Position numbers and translations under genes: made by a program | DNA from: the human T2T-CHM13v2.0 reference genome, Homo sapiens | Direction: 5' to 3' (one strand) | NCBI RefSeq assembly: GCF_009914755.1 | Contig: NC_060947.1 | DNA: 64,000 nucleotides | The notes under the pieces: model-generated | Database searches by the model: none | The model's input: the letters and a program-made list of their open reading frames with translations, nothing else | Told to the model about the DNA's origin: nothing | Shown here: in pieces, positions 27,006-39,295 of the stretch | How the letters are laid out: each line of letters opens with the position of its first letter | Position numbering within the stretch: position 1 is the first letter of the stretch

Positions 27006-27440
27006 TTTTTAGCAGTTATCTAAACAATGAAGGCAAATGTGTTTGAGAAGCTCTCTTACATTTGATTTCTTGAGGCAGAGCCTGAGAAATCAGCTATGGT
27101 GGGCTGTGTTTACATCATGGAAACCAGCAAATGCTATAATCACCCTTTCTCACACTGTCCCTCCAGCTAATTGTTAATCATTTACCAACACATTATTCAA
27201 TGTAACTAAATAAGGGAAAGATATTTTGAAGCTTGATGCCCACACACAATTTTGAACGCAGGGTAAAGGCGGAATTGAGACAGGTCCCAGATGTCTAGAA
27301 ACAGCTAAAGGACACAACGGCTTTCTTAGTATATACAAATATTACCCTAAGTACCTAATTTTAAAAGTATCACACTCAATCATTTTTGTTTTTATTACTC
27401 ACCCTTTCACCATCCTCTGTTGATAATAATCTGGTTCTAG

Positions 27441-27650
27441 CAATGGATTGGACTGCTGCAATAAAATGAATTTTATCAATACACCACGAAGATTCAGCTG
27501 GACAAGAGCACAAAACCGACTCAGTTAACAATCCAACGTCACTCAGAAGGACAATGGAATAATGTACACCACAGCTGACTTCCCCAAAAGGATGCTATAT
27601 ACTGACCCAAAAAGACAGTTCAAAGTTTGTGGCACTACTTCCCAAACCAA
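27441..27650 (+). pseudogene. Pseudo-exon H (210 nt)
   Basis: ctggttctag| acceptor and CAA|gtaatt donor. Splicing G to H gives TY-SHL-M-R|Q-W, a motif completed across the junction. Confidence 0.5.
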
Positions 27651-27997
27651 GTAATTAAATTCACTAGAAATATTTTGAAGCCATATTTAGGATCCTTGCA
27701 CATTATTCTAATTCACTTTCTTGTAGACAACTTTATACAAACAGTTATAAACTGGGTCGGACTGGGAATGTCATAAAAATAAGCCTCAAGGATTCCTTTT
27801 AGTGCTTAAACAATATAATTTAAAGTAAAGGTGTTTATTTTTTTCTTTCAAAATCCCCAACCATCACCTCACTGTTTGGGGAAAATAAAAACAAAACAAA
27901 AGAAAAAAAATCACTGAACCTTATTTTCTAGATTTACTAAGTCTCCTCTGGGAGTAAAGAAGCATTGAGAATAAAAGCTTTAATTATACCCCTGAAG

Positions 27998-28094
27998 GTG
28001 CTTCCCCACCCCAACTACATGTCAGGCATTGAAAGAACAGGAAGCTGCTCAGCTTCATCAAACAGCAGGTGGTATTGATGGATTACACTGCCAG
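27998..28094 (+). pseudogene. Pseudo-exon I (97 nt)
   Basis: tacccctgaag| acceptor and CAG|gtatcc donor. RKLL-SFI-(fs)N-SR-W motif. Confidence 0.4.
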
Positions 28095-28689
28095 GTATCC
28101 TAAATCTGATATATAAAAAAAACACAAGCAGCAGATTTTTGAAGTTTCCCTGAAACTCTTGGAGCAATACATTCTGAATCTACAAGCAGTCTGACATTTG
28201 GATGGACCTTTACATTTATCCATGACATTGGATAAAATGGCATTATTAATACAAATTAGGATAAATAATACTGAATACAAAAGTAAGTATGTTTGGGTTT
28301 ATTTTAATAACTTATTGGTTGGCTATATTTTTAATTATACAAACAATATATGTCCATGTTTTAGAAAAAATAACATTATAATATTCTTCAATTATTCTTA
28401 TGGCCAGCCATTACCAATTCTTTAGGATTCAGTTTCCCTGTGACCTCCACTGAGAGACTTTCCTTTTCTAAAGCACCCCTTCCTGTTTCTACTACTCACC
28501 ATTGTGGTTCCTTCTCTTTTTTTGTTCTTTATTATTCATTACAATTTGTAATTAATTCATCTAACATATCTCATAAAACCTAAAATGACATTGTTACTAA
28601 CATCATTATTTTATGAATCACTAGGAAAGGAAAGGGCTTGTAATTAAATTGTTAGAGTGCTTTATTATCGCATGAATTTTTCAATGCCA

Positions 28690-28800
28690 GCTTCATAATG
28701 TAAACTTCATGGGTACAGTGACTGTTTCTGTCTTTATCACTGCTGAAGTTTTAGTGCCTAGCACAGTGCCAGGCTCATTAAGTGTATATTGAATGAGTGG
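28690..28800 (+). mobile_element. L2 3' end
   Basis: agtgcctagcacagtgccagg...ttgaatgagtg. Confidence 0.7.
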
Positions 28801-29607
28801 ATCAGGTCATGTTAATCATACTGTTCTGTATTGTTCTATGTCAGTACATTGTTTGCAATATTTTTATAGTATTTATTTTTAACATTTGTATAGTACCCCA
28901 TTGTATTTATTTAATCACTCCTTTTTGATAAATATTAACAGTGTTTCCAATTTTCCTGCTATTAAACAATGTTCAGTGAGTATTTGTGTACATATAATTT
29001 GAGTATTAGTGTATGTACGACTCTAAGATAAACTCTTAGAATTGGAATTGTCAGAAAGTATACCTATTTTTAATTTAGATATATCGATGAATACAGGATT
29101 TTGTTTCTGTTCTTTGAACACACAGCATAGAAGAGATGTTCTTACTGTAAGAGTTATGTTTTGAGCAGCATATTTGGAAGAACATTTTTCCACTTTTATA
29201 GTTTTTCTTCTCAGTCTCAAGAGGTAACTATTCATCTAGCTTTGTTAAAGACATGCTCCAAGATGTTCTATGTTTCACCAACATCTCTGCTTTGGAAGAG
29301 ACTAGGTAACACCTACTTCCTTAAATCTATCCCATACACTATCACCAGATTAATCTATTGAAACACTGTTTTAATCACATTAATCTTTTGTTGGAAAACT
29401 TGCATTGATTTGAGATTATGCACAATTTTGAATTTTTTTCATACTTTTCTGTTTTCCAAATGTACTAGTATACACATGTATTGGTTTTATACTTTAAATA
29501 TATAAATGTTATAAATAAATGAAAGAAAGCAGTTTCTGTTGCTTGAAAGCCAATAGCAAATCAATATAAATGTATTTACTTCTCTAACCAAAAAAGAAAA
29601 ACTCTAA

Positions 29608-29611
<4 letters not shown>

Positions 29612-29651
<40 letters not shown>
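29612..29651. repeat. (TG)20 microsatellite
   Basis: Read directly from the sequence. Confidence 0.97.
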
Positions 29652-29652
<1 letters not shown>

Positions 29653-30082
29653 AATTCTAATGGCTTCCCACTTTGCCAAGTTTAAAATATCTCAGCCTGA
29701 TATTCAAGGCTTTCCATGTTCTGTCCTCAACATAAATTTCCATGGTTGTCACTGATCAATCACCTTTGTGAACTCTTTATTCAAGGAAAATTAATCTGAT
29801 CATGGTCTCTGCAACATGCCTTCCACTGTAGCTTTCTTTCTTCACATCATTTTCCTGACCACTTAAAATCTTTATTCTTCTTCTTCACTGTAAATCCTAA
29901 AAATCTCTATAGGTGAAAATCAAATTCTATCACTTTGGAAAATATCTGTCTTTCATTAGTTTACTGTGAAAGCTTTTTTTTCATCAGGTGAGATAACACT
30001 AAGTTGACAACTATTTTATATAGAAAAATTATTTGTTAGTTTTTCATATCTGTAAATGTTGTCCAAATAATTATAAAAACCT

Positions 30083-31080
30083 AGAGCTGCATTGTTTAAT
30101 AGTCACATGTGATTGTTTAGACTTTAAGTTTATCTGAATTTAAATTAATGAGTTATTAGCTTATCACTAACTTAGTCAAGCAGAGGCTTTAGCAGCCACA
30201 CATGATCCAAACTACAGACTTCACAGAATTAGTTCAGAAATACCACTAAGCAAACAAACAACAACAGACCCTGGTGGGGGGTGGAGGGAACATGATTTCC
30301 AGAGTTACATTATATTACTTAAAATTTTCAATTTTAACTAAAAATATATAAAGCATTCATAAAAAAAGTATTGCTCATATACAGTAAATAAAATAGTCAA
30401 TAAAAACTGTCCCCTAGGGAACCCAGACATTGGACTTACTAGACAGAGACTTTAAATCAGTTATTTTAAATATAGTCAAAATATGTTAATTAGAGGAAGT
30501 AATGTCTAAAAAACTAAATGAAAGTGTAAAAGCAATGTCTCTCTGCATAGAAAATACTAACAAAGAGAAAGAAATTATTTTTAAAGGAAGAACCAGGTAG
30601 AAATTCTGGCGTTGAAAAGTATAATAACTGAATTAAAAATTTGACTAGAAATAGTCAACAGCATCTTTGAGCAAACAAAAGAATCAGTGAACTTGAAAAT
30701 AAGTAGAGGTTATGCAATACAAAAATTAGAAAAAATAATGAGGAAAAATAAATAGCACCTCAGAGACCTGCAGAACAACACGAACATACTAAGATACACA
30801 TAGTAGGATTTCCAGAAGTAGAAAAGGAAAAGAAGAAAGCAGAAAGAATATTTCAAAAAATTATGGCTGAAAATGTCTTAAATTTCATGAAAATATTAAT
30901 GTATACATCAGCTCAGTAAACTCCAAATAGCTCAAATAAAATATAATTTAAAATAAGTCCTCAGTTGTGCTAATTACATTTCAAGTGTTCAGTAGCCACA
31001 TGTGGCTAGTGGCTACCATGTTGAATATTGCAGATATAGAAAATTTTCATAATTGCTGGAAGTTCTATTTGACAGCACTG
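30083..31080. mobile_element. MER3/MER33-type hAT element split by an old L1 fragment
   Basis: Left part 30083-30145 and right part 30935-31080 (tagccacatgtggctagtggctacc...ttctatttgacagcactg). Confidence 0.65.
30150..30932 (+). mobile_element. Old L1M 5'UTR/ORF1 fragment
   Basis: ORF1-like text gaaattctggcgttgaaaagtataataactg...aagaatcagtgaacttgaa...gaaagaatattt. Confidence 0.7.
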
Positions 31081-31669
31081 ACCTACCCTATAAGACTTGT
31101 ACATTGACATTTGTTGTTCTCTAGTTCCCAGTTTCTGAATATCTCCAACCCACTTATCTATAGCCACTCATACACAAAAACACACATACACACACATCTA
31201 TAAGCTCAGCCTTGTTTCTAGAACAAATTATACTCTATTATATCAGCAAGAATTTTAGGAGCTCTAATTTGTGCCACAAGACACAGTATTAAGTTACTCT
31301 TTCTCATAATCCCATCCTTGCCTTGTGCTCTATTTTTGGGTACTAAGTTTCTAACTTGCTTTTAGAACAAAGTGGCCATCTTGAGTCCTTGTTATTGTTG
31401 ATTCCTATTTACATTTGTTTCATGTGCCAAAGTACAGTTCCCTGTCTTATTAGAGTTTAGGATCATAGTTCTTCTATGACTGAACTCTGCTTTGCCATTG
31501 CCAATTTCCTACACATGGACACTAACAACCTTCAAAACTAAAGTTCAAAGCTGGAGCTGCTACTTTTTGTTCACATCTTTATTAAACAGTAATAATAGGA
31601 GAGTGTTCTCAATAAATTCCAGACACAGCCTAGCTGCCTTAATTCTCAGTATATCTCCAAATTATTAAT

Positions 31670-31810
31670 TATATTACTTTTATTTTAGAGATATGGAACT
31701 TGAAGCTCAGAGAGATTATGTAATGTGTCTAAAGTCATCCAGTGAATAACTGACAGATTTGGAGGTTTAATCATATTCATGTGACTCCATAATCTATGTC
31801 TCTTCTACCA
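31670..31810 (-). mobile_element. MIR
   Basis: ttttagagatatggaacttgaagctcagagag...aagtcat. Confidence 0.65.
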
Positions 31811-33156
31811 TTCTGTATTCTCAACATCAGAGATTAGCTCTTTATAGTATATCCTAAGCTAGTGACTGGTGACATGTAACCAGAAACGATCTTTTACATA
31901 GTTATGTAGCAGACATCCCTTATTCCAATGATCTGCCTCAATTGTTGCCTCTTCCTATTTGGAGTTGCTTATTGCTGTCTTTGGCCCACCTACTTCATTA
32001 CTGCCTGATAAATCCTTGATGTTGAGGGTGGTAGTGAACTAATTGCCTGTGATCTGAATATCCTGTTTTGTTTGTTGAATTGGACTTCTTTCCAGGACCT
32101 ACATTTGAGTTTGCCTCACCAGATCCTACTCTAACACAAGGAAGACATCTAGTTCCCTGACCCTAATCTCCCTCAGTCCTTTCAATATTAATGCCATTAA
32201 ACAAATCAAATGTGGTCTAAATATAACAGTGCTTGGCCCAGAGCCTTGCACATTGTAGGGATAAATAGATATTTGATGTGGTAATGCAAATAGTGAATTC
32301 TTAATATGAAATGTTAAAAATGTGCATGCAATAAGTCTTAATTGTTCAGACACTTTCAGGTGTGGATGTCCCTTATGTGGTAGAAATATCATCGGAATCA
32401 AAAAAGGAAGCATTAAGAAGTAACTTAGAATCACGGAGGAGGATGACACTTGAGGCAAGCTAAACACAACCAATAATAAAAATAAAGACTATTGTTTTAT
32501 TTATTGTTGTTAATAATATTAGTAATATAAATTTGAGAAGAGGATAATAAGTTACCATTTGAGTGGAGAATATATCTCAAACATTATGGTACATTCTTTA
32601 CATATATTATGTAATTTAACCTCCCAATATTGAAACATAAGTTAGTAAGTCATATCTTTTTTCTAAATAAAAGTTTAAGTACCTTAACCAATTTCACAAA
32701 GTAACTCCAGAATCTCTGCAAAAAATAAATTTAGGAGTGGTAAACAAAGGAAAGAGTAAAGGGATTTGTCTTGAAGTTTTATTGGCAGAGTAACACATTG
32801 TCTTTGATTATGGGTGTAACTTTAATTGGTGGCTAATAGGAATTATGGGCAGTGGAAGGCAGAGATAAAAGCACTGCCACTGCTAAACTAGTAAACTGTG
32901 TGCTAGGATTTCAATATAGATTGTCTGAATTCAAACTCGGAACTATAGCACAACTAAAATTTCACTCAAATATACACTTCAAATAGGAATTCCAACACTC
33001 TCCCCTGGGAGGTGAGTCCTGTGATCTGATCAGGGTTTTATCCCTAAGGAACAGGTTATTTCAGGAGTAATTTCAATCTGGAGCTTCTATGTTTTAACAA
33101 AGCAGTGGCACTTTTTTGCAAAACAATTACAAGATCCTTCAGATTTATGTTTGCAG

Positions 33157-33562
33157 AGATTTTAGGTCATTGTATCCAGTGGTTTTTCTTGGCTGCCCAA
33201 AGGCCGTGAATGATCTTTGAAGAGGTCTTTCTTGATTCATCCATTAGTATGACTTCTTTTTTCCTGTCCCCCAAGAACAACCAGCTGACCAATAACTTCC
33301 ACAATGCAGATGATTTCTGCATCTGTCAAGAGAACTCTGCAAAAGGAGACTGAGATGGCTGCTATGTTTCTTTCTTAAAAACTGACCAAATTGCCTATCA
33401 ACAGTGTCACCTCTCAAGGCAACTATCAAATAAGACAAACTGAGAATTTGGAAAAGTTTCCAAAGAAGAAAAACGGATCAAGTCTTTAGCTACAGAGATC
33501 ATCTCACTTTTGTCTCTCAACTTTCAGGGCCTGGTGCTGTGTGAGAAGTGAAAATTTCCTCA
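33157..33562 (+). pseudogene. Pseudo-exon J (~406 nt)
   Basis: tttatgtttgcag| acceptor and TCA|gtaagc donor. Motifs IL-GHC-IQW, LL-CFF-L-KN-TGA (33359-33385) and FC-LST-F-RA-W (33508-33534). Confidence 0.5.
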
Positions 33563-34744
33563 GTAAGCAAGTTATTGTGCAAGGTCTGCCCATTAACTGA
33601 TTGCTGAACAAGTGACAACACAGAATCCCTATGGGTTTTGGAACTGTGCTGATTTCAGCCTCCCTTTGTGCTATAGCACTCAAACTATAAAAAGGTACAT
33701 AATGACTCAGGTCACATATGAATTTTTATTTTCATTTTCACTGCTTATCCAAACATAGAAAAGCAAATGCTGCAGACTCATGCCTTCTGCTTATCTGCCA
33801 CTGGTGGGAAGTCCTCTCAGTACCTACAGAGGTGCTAATGCTTAAGGAGGAAGCACAGAGGGTTCAGATATAGATTGATACCAATAAATGTTCTAATACA
33901 TAATTTAAAATCTTTTCCTGAAATGTCCTTAGTGATTCAAAATAAAAGAAAGCTACAATGGTTCTTCAACAGCTGTTTCTGTCTGGTGAAAGCTAGATGG
34001 CCACGTTGTGCTGTAGGGGAGTGATTTCAATCAGACAAAGGAGTTTGTGCTTCCCTGTAGTTTCTCAGTGATATTCATTTTTAAAATGAATGTTTAGTCT
34101 TTCAGGCCACAAAGTGTTCAATTGAACAAATTCTAAGTCATTTATTGAAAGGTACTACAATGACCTAAAAGATATAGTCATTATCAAATAGGAATGCCTA
34201 GATACAAAGAAAGATAATGCAAACTGAATTAAAAATACAGAAGAACAGGGCTTCCAGGCAAAAGAAAATGCAGGAAACTCTCCCTTCTCCCAAGGTTGAC
34301 ACTACTTTAGGTCTCCTTTCTGTGTGAAAAGGATTTGCACTAGGCTGGGTAAAGCAGGGCTTTTTATACTGTAATGATGCCTTTGCTTTCCTCAGTTCCT
34401 TAAAGCTGAGTTTTATTGGTGCTTCCATTAGGCAAATATATGTCCCAGCTCCTGACTGAGACAGAGAGTGTAGCTATAATGTAAGCCACAATCATCACTG
34501 TGGCTTAGGAGTAAGCTACCATCCCAGTCTGGATTTTAGTCACAAGTTTGGGGTTCCTAAATTGTTTTCTAGTTTTACTACATATGCCATTAATTTTGTG
34601 TCTAATGATACTTATGTGCCTAGTTTGCCGCAAGATTCCAGCTCTCCTTGGCTACTGTCATCTCAGTACTGATTTAGTTCTTATGTTTTGCTTTGGCCCT
34701 TAAATTTGAAGAGCTGTGTTCTAGAGTCAGCCTTCTTCATTCAT

Positions 34745-34950
34745 ATACTAACTCTATCATTGAATTGCTATGAGACTCTGTGCAAATAACTCAATTTATT
34801 TGAACTTCAATTTTCAAAACTGTAAAATTGGAATACTAATCATGCATCATAACGTCCTTGAGAATATTAAATAAGATGAGGCATTTAATGCACTTAACAG
34901 AGTGTCTTAACATAACAAGGACATCCTAAAAGATACCCATTGTTATTACT
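34745..34950 (+). mobile_element. MIR
   Basis: cttcaattttc...ctgtaaaattggaata...attaaataaga. Confidence 0.65.
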
Positions 34951-35271
34951 ATCATTAGTTAGTCAACTAAGTTGCTTGGTACCCTGATCCACTTAAATGT
35001 CGGGAGCTTTCTCTGAGCTGCAACCAGCACAGTAGCTAGATGGGAGGTTGCGAGGAAGAAAACAGCTAATGCTCTACCTTACTCTTGTTAGTTGAAGTCT
35101 CTCCTTATACACAGATCTTCCAGATGATGACTACCACACTCCTACATAACTCTCTTCCATCTTACTCAGTTTTGATTGACTGGATTCTCTTTACCTGACT
35201 GAACTATTTAAATCATATTTATCCCGTATCCATATGGCTATCTCCTCAGTTCTATCAACCTTGAGAGTATG

Positions 35272-35722
35272 GTTTCATGGTTTGAATATGAAGCCTCATG
35301 CTGAAATATTAATTCCCAGTGTGGCAATGTTGGAAGGTGTAATCTTAAAGATGTGAGGACCAATGAGAGGCATTTGGGTCATGGGGGCCTTGCCCTCCAG
35401 GATGGCTTGGTGCTGTTCTCATTGTAGTGAGTGAATGTTTGCTCTCAAGAAACTGGATCAATTATCACAGGAATGGATTTGTTCCCATAAGAGTAGGTTT
35501 TTTATAAAGCAAGGATGCTCTTTGTGTTTAGACCATTCACACATGTATGCTTCTCCTTGATGTTATGCCCCATTATTATGCAGCAGGAAAGCCCTCTTCA
35601 GAAGTTAGCACCATATCCTTGAACTTCCAAGTCTGAAGAATCATGAGCGAAATAAACCTCTGTCTCTATAAATTACCCAATCTCAGCTATTCTATTACAG
35701 CAATAAAAAATGGACTTACACA
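35272..35722 (+). mobile_element. MST-type MaLR solo LTR
   Basis: catggtttgaat...gggtcatgggg...aataaacctc...ataaattaccca...aatggact. Confidence 0.8.
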
Positions 35723-35980
35723 GAAAGCTAAACCCTCAGCTCTGTCAGCACTGATTGGATGCTCACATGTAGCCCTGCAACAAGATCCCAACACCTTCCT
35801 CTCACTACTTCTTTAATATTGCCTGAAGTAAGACTGAGTGATGCCAATAAATGATAAGCAAATATCCACTATTGGGGGTTCTCCTTTCATAGCAGAACTA
35901 ATATAGGTGACTATCTGATATAAGAAAAAAGAAGACCTTGTTCTTTACCCATCCTCAAAAAACATATTTTCTACTTTCAG

Positions 35981-36229
35981 GATGATGTCAAAAATCCTAT
36001 AGCTAAAATGTCCCTAATTTATGAAAATGAACACAATCCTTGGATTAGGCAAATGTCCATGCAAGAGCTAACATCAATCTACCACCTGCCACAGATTGAC
36101 ATCTCCTGCACTATGTCTCTCAATAATCACATTCCCTATCTGATGGGCCTTTCTGTATACTCAACCCACCACTTTCTGATAAAATCCCAACCATCAAAAT
36201 TCATATTATCAATACCTACCCACTCATGA
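35981..36229 (+). pseudogene. Pseudo-exon K (possible last coding exon), cut by an L1
   Basis: Strong ttttctactttcag| acceptor followed by 82 open codons in phase 0 (DDVKNPIAKMSLIYENEHNPW...; extends ORF 36008..36229) up to an L1 insertion. Confidence 0.45.
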
Positions 36230-37563
36230 GAATCAATATTGTTAAAATGCTCACACCACACAAAGCAATCTACAGATTCAATGCAATCCCTACCAAAATA
36301 CCAATTGACATTCTCCACAGAAATAGAGAAAACAATTCTAAAATTAGTACAAAATCACAAAAGACTGAGAATAGTCAATGCTATGCTAAGCAAAAAGAAC
36401 AAAACTGGAGGAATCACATTACCTGACTTTGAATTATACAAAAGAGCTATAGTAACCAAAACAGCATGGTACTGGTATAAAAACAGACACATCAGATACA
36501 TATACTAATAGAATAGAAATCTACACACCTACAGTGAATTAATTTTCAACAAAGGTGCCGAGAACATACACTGGGGAAAAGACCATCTCTTTAATAAGTG
36601 GTGCTGAGAAAAGTGGATGTCCATATGCAGAAGGATGAAACTAGGACACTTATCTCTCATCATATACAGAAATAAAATCAGAAAGCATTAAAGACTTAAA
36701 TTTAGTAACTCAAACTATGAAACTACTACTACAACAAAAACATTGAATAAAATCTCCAGGATATTGGTTTTGGCAAAGATTTCTTGAGTAACACCCCACA
36801 AGCACAGGCAACCAAAGTAAAAATGGGCAAGTGAGATCACATCAAATTAAAAAGCTTCTGCATAGCAAAGGATCCAATCAGCAAAGTAAAGAGAAAATAC
36901 ACAGAATGGGAGAAAATATTTGTAAACTGCTTTTCTGGTAAGTAATTAATAATCAGAATATGTAAGGTGCACAAACAACACCATAGGAAAATATCTAATA
37001 ATCCAACCCCAAAATGGGCAAAATATTTGAATACACATTTCTCAAAAGAAGACATACAAATGGCAGACAGGTATATGAAAAGGTGCTCAACATCACTGAT
37101 CATCAGAGAAATGCAAATCACAATTAAAATGAGATATAATCTCACCCCAGTCAAAAAGGCTCGTATTCAAAAAACAGGCAATAACAAATGCTGACAAGGA
37201 TGTTGAGAAAAGGGAACTCTTATACACTGTTGATGGGAATGTACAACCCACTAACAGTGTATAATTAATATAACCACTATGTAGGACAGCTGGAAGTTCT
37301 TCAAAATACTAAAAATAGAGTTACCATAGGATCCAGCAACCCTACTTCTAGGTATATACTTCAAAGAAAGAAATCAGTATATGGAATATATATCTCCACT
37401 CTCATGTGTAATGCTTGAGCACTGTAATGCTTGAGAGGATTGATATCCCATTTTCCATGATGTGATTATTATACATTGCATGCCTATCTCAAAACATCTC
37501 ATGTACCCCACAAATATATATACCTACTATGTACCCACAAAAAATAAAAATAAAAAACTATTA
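36228..37563 (+). mobile_element. 5'-truncated L1MA with an internal 3' deletion
   Basis: ORF2 peptides [12 protein letters not shown] and [10 protein letters not shown]; 3' end gtacccacaaaaaat; degenerate TSD tacccactcat / tactcactcct. Confidence 0.9.
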
Positions 37564-37583
37564 AAGAATTTACTCACTCCTAA

Positions 37584-38008
<425 letters not shown>

Positions 38009-39295
38009 TGGTGTTTTTAACTAGAAGGAAGTTGGTAAACTAAGAGTACATGAAAGTTTAAGTAGGCTGATGCCTCCAACAGTAACTCACAGTAGAATCA
38101 GGAAGTAGACATACACAATTCTATGTAGATGTGTATGCTTGCATGTGTGTGTATACTCATACTGAAAGTGATGGGTTAATAGAGATAGTATGTACAGCAC
38201 AGAGAGATGAGGCAGGAAGAGCAAGGTGAGGTGAGGTAGAACTAACAATGAGAAATTTTAAAATTATAGTTACTAAAAACAAAGTCACTGAAATGTGGTG
38301 TCTCCTATGAGAGGAAAATGGTAATGTTACAGACCAAAAGTTTTAGAACAAGTCCATAATTTCACACAAATATATGTTCATAGAAACAACTTAAAGCTTC
38401 ATATTAATATATTAATGTTTTGGATATTTTGACGTTTAGTTTAAAAGAGTGAGCTCTTTTCTGTGTTGACAAATGTTATTGGCACTTCAATAATCTAGCC
38501 CAATATACTATTCAAAGACATATGTGTCCCTATTTCTAGATGGATAGGTCCAAGTGGAAGTGATAAAAATACATATTTTATAATATATGCATTACTCAAC
38601 CAAAGGTAACCATTGTGGCATTCTTCCTGCAACAATTTTGAAGATGATCACATGATGCAAAAATTAAATATAAAAATGTGTGTAGTGAAAAGTCTTCTTC
38701 TCATACCTTTTCTGTCTCTGGCCAATTTCTAATCTCATTCCAAATATTTTTCATTTTGAATGTTGAGAGAGTGTATATGTAGATTAATTTTCTAAAACTT
38801 AATGTATTTAAATATTGAGATATATCACAAGATTGAACTACATGTGGGTTATACCATTAGCACTTCCATCAACAATGTAGAGTGCCTATTTCCTCATGCC
38901 ACAGACTAACTTGCCTCTAGATTTTTTTTAGTCTGAACAGTGATAAATGGCATCCTAATATAGTTTTTATTAGCAATTCTCTTATTATGAGTGAAAAGGA
39001 TAACTGAAAATTAAATACAAATGAGGGCCACATGTAATTTTATTTCTGTAAACTGTCTGTTTATATACTTTGCCTACATTTCTATTAACTTACCTTTTCC
39101 TATTTATTTGGAGATGCTTTTCTATATTTGAGTGATTAACCTCTTGTATATGAGTTATTTCATGCCCTCTGCTTTGCACTGGGCTGTCCCATTTCTTACT
39201 TCAAGGCTTTTATTACCAATTCTTGCTTTCTCATATAAACTTGAAACATGAGAATTATAAATTTCCTATTACATAGCATTAAAAATCCATCCCTG

